The notes under the pieces: model-generated
Database searches by the model: none
Told to the model about the DNA's origin: nothing
The model's input: only the letters and a program-made list of their open reading frames with translations
Shown here: in pieces, positions 62,293 through 64,000 of the stretch
Numbering within the stretch: position 1 is the stretch's first letter
Layout: every line of letters starts with the position of its first letter
Translations under genes and position numbers: made by a program
From: Phoronis australis
Taxonomy: Eukaryota > Animalia > Phoronida
Reading direction: 5' to 3'
DNA length: 64,000 nt
Assembly: GCA_002633005.1 (NCBI GenBank)
Contig: NMRA01001016.1
Span: forward strand, 5,889 to 69,888

Positions 62293-63506
62293 TGGTATCA
62301 AACCATTTGCTGTGGCCAAGATATCAAATCAGAATGATTCAAACTTGACCATTGGTCTTTTGCAACTAATTTAAAATTGAATAATTAAAACGAAACATTT
62401 TTTTCTTTCTGTAAATCAAAATGCAACGATTTAGCTTTTGTGCGAAATCATCACCTCAACTAAGCCTACGCTGGGTACTTGAATATCGATTTTCAATACT
62501 TTGAACAACATGCGATAACACTTACTTCTCTTTAAAGATGGTAAAAACATGGTTGAGAACGAGAATGGTAATCAATGTATACGTCACACATGCAGGCATT
62601 CAGAAACAGTTTTATGTTTTCCGTTGGTAGAATACAAATTCGAAGCTAGTAAGTAAGTGCCACTATCCTAAGAAACCAAATGTGAAGCAGTGTCCAAATT
62701 TTACCAATCAATGTATTTTGAATGCCTATTAGTTTCATTTTCGACTCGCCCTTAGCCTGTTCTTGACGTCTTGTCTAGGCCAAGTCGCTAATGGTTTTGA
62801 TGAATAATCACTTTAATCACACGGATGATGCTTTAGAAGTATTAGGACTCCATATTAATAAAGTGTCCATCAGACATTTGATTTAAAATGATAGTATTGA
62901 CCTATTACAGCCATGTTTTGGCCTAAGACATACATGTATGTGTTTGAGTGCGATGGCAAAGGCATTAGATTGCATTAAATTTAGAAATATGTGCAACCTC
63001 ATGAAGTACCTCGAGTGCTAAATAAAATTAAATTCAATTTTCTTTAGCGGGCACACAGATCTGAATGGTAACATGGCTTTATGAGAAATAGTTTATCGTT
63101 TTTTCTTCATATCAGATCAGTTTCTGGTATTTAACTGTCATTAACTACTTATTTAAATCAGTGGCCATTTTTAATTGGTAGAGCATCAATATACATGTAC
63201 ACTTACTGAATGTCACCGAGATCAATATTTTGGTTTCCCGACCACGAAAATGTGATAATGGCCGAGGCGGTGCCAAGTTTGGGCTTTAGATCGTATGTCG
63301 ATCACTCGTTCGGTCACACAGCTAGCCGTCTTTACGCAAAACGTTGCAGAGAGATTTTTAAGCAACTTTCAGGAGATACTGAAAATGGAAAAAGGAATAA
63401 GGATGTCATGTTTTGAGATCACATGACGATTGCTTTAATACAAAACAATTGACAAACGCCACGTGGTTACGGAAGTATCGTCTCATCAAGCGCAGAAATG
63501 ACGTGA

Positions 63507-64000
63507 ATTAAAAAGTCATGTCCCTTGAAGACACACTTTTTGTGGAATAGTGTGATTTTGGGAATTTCGATGCATTGCTTTGACGAAGGTTTGCATTCAG
63601 TTTGTAGCTTATATTTTGCAGTTATGTAAAAACAATTGTAACATTAGCATCCAAATGAATTTAAAAGGACATGAGTCTACCACTCTTAAACTTATTATCT
63701 TTAATATATTTCAGACGGAACAAAACTATTTCGTTCCAAAGACTCAGTCAAAACAAGACTGTGAGACAGTAAGCAGTTACAACGGCTACTGCATGAATAC
63801 TGATTATACGGCCAACTTGTTACCCACTTCTCTTATATTTGGGGTGTTTTTGTCCGCTACGCCCATTCCAGACGAAGGTTCCTTTATGAATTCCTAAAAT
63901 TTGCGTTGGGCCGCCAGTGCTGATGACCACTGTTAAGTGTCTACACCTTCAATCGCTAACGTTTTCAGAATCTTTTGTTTTAAAACAAAATCGTGATACG
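63507..64000 (+). repeat. Segmental duplication block 2, copy B (runs off the window end)
   Basis: Colinear with 18563-19065. Confidence 0.95.

Overview
Eukaryotic (metazoan, probably marine invertebrate/lophotrochozoan - inferred from GT-AG introns and the transposon types) genomic window. The main gene is a 13-exon TRPC-family cation channel on + (26273-44132, ~950 aa; exon phases join in frame). Also present: an intronless 647-aa acidic orphan ORF with internal repeats (-), and a disabled GPR157-like GPCR exon. Transposons are dense: an RT/RNaseH-deleted Ty3/gypsy element with both LTRs, PBS, PPT and TSD; a decayed Academ element; four TTAA-target Kolobok-like elements, one with 310-bp inverted arms that duplicate its promoter and THAP start; an inverted pair of Penelope GIY-YIG remnants; LINE tails; MITEs; and a Helentron-type HINE. 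Two colinear homologous blocks (1-4782 vs 50563-55797; 18563-19065 vs 63507-64000) suggest a ~45-50 kb tandem segmental duplication and predict a second TRPC paralog just right of the window. The most unusual signals are six co-oriented CTCF-consensus motifs at ~145-bp spacing inside the HINE, and a Gly->Ala change at the TRPC S4-S5 gating glycine. All identities and alignments are by eye; no searches were run.
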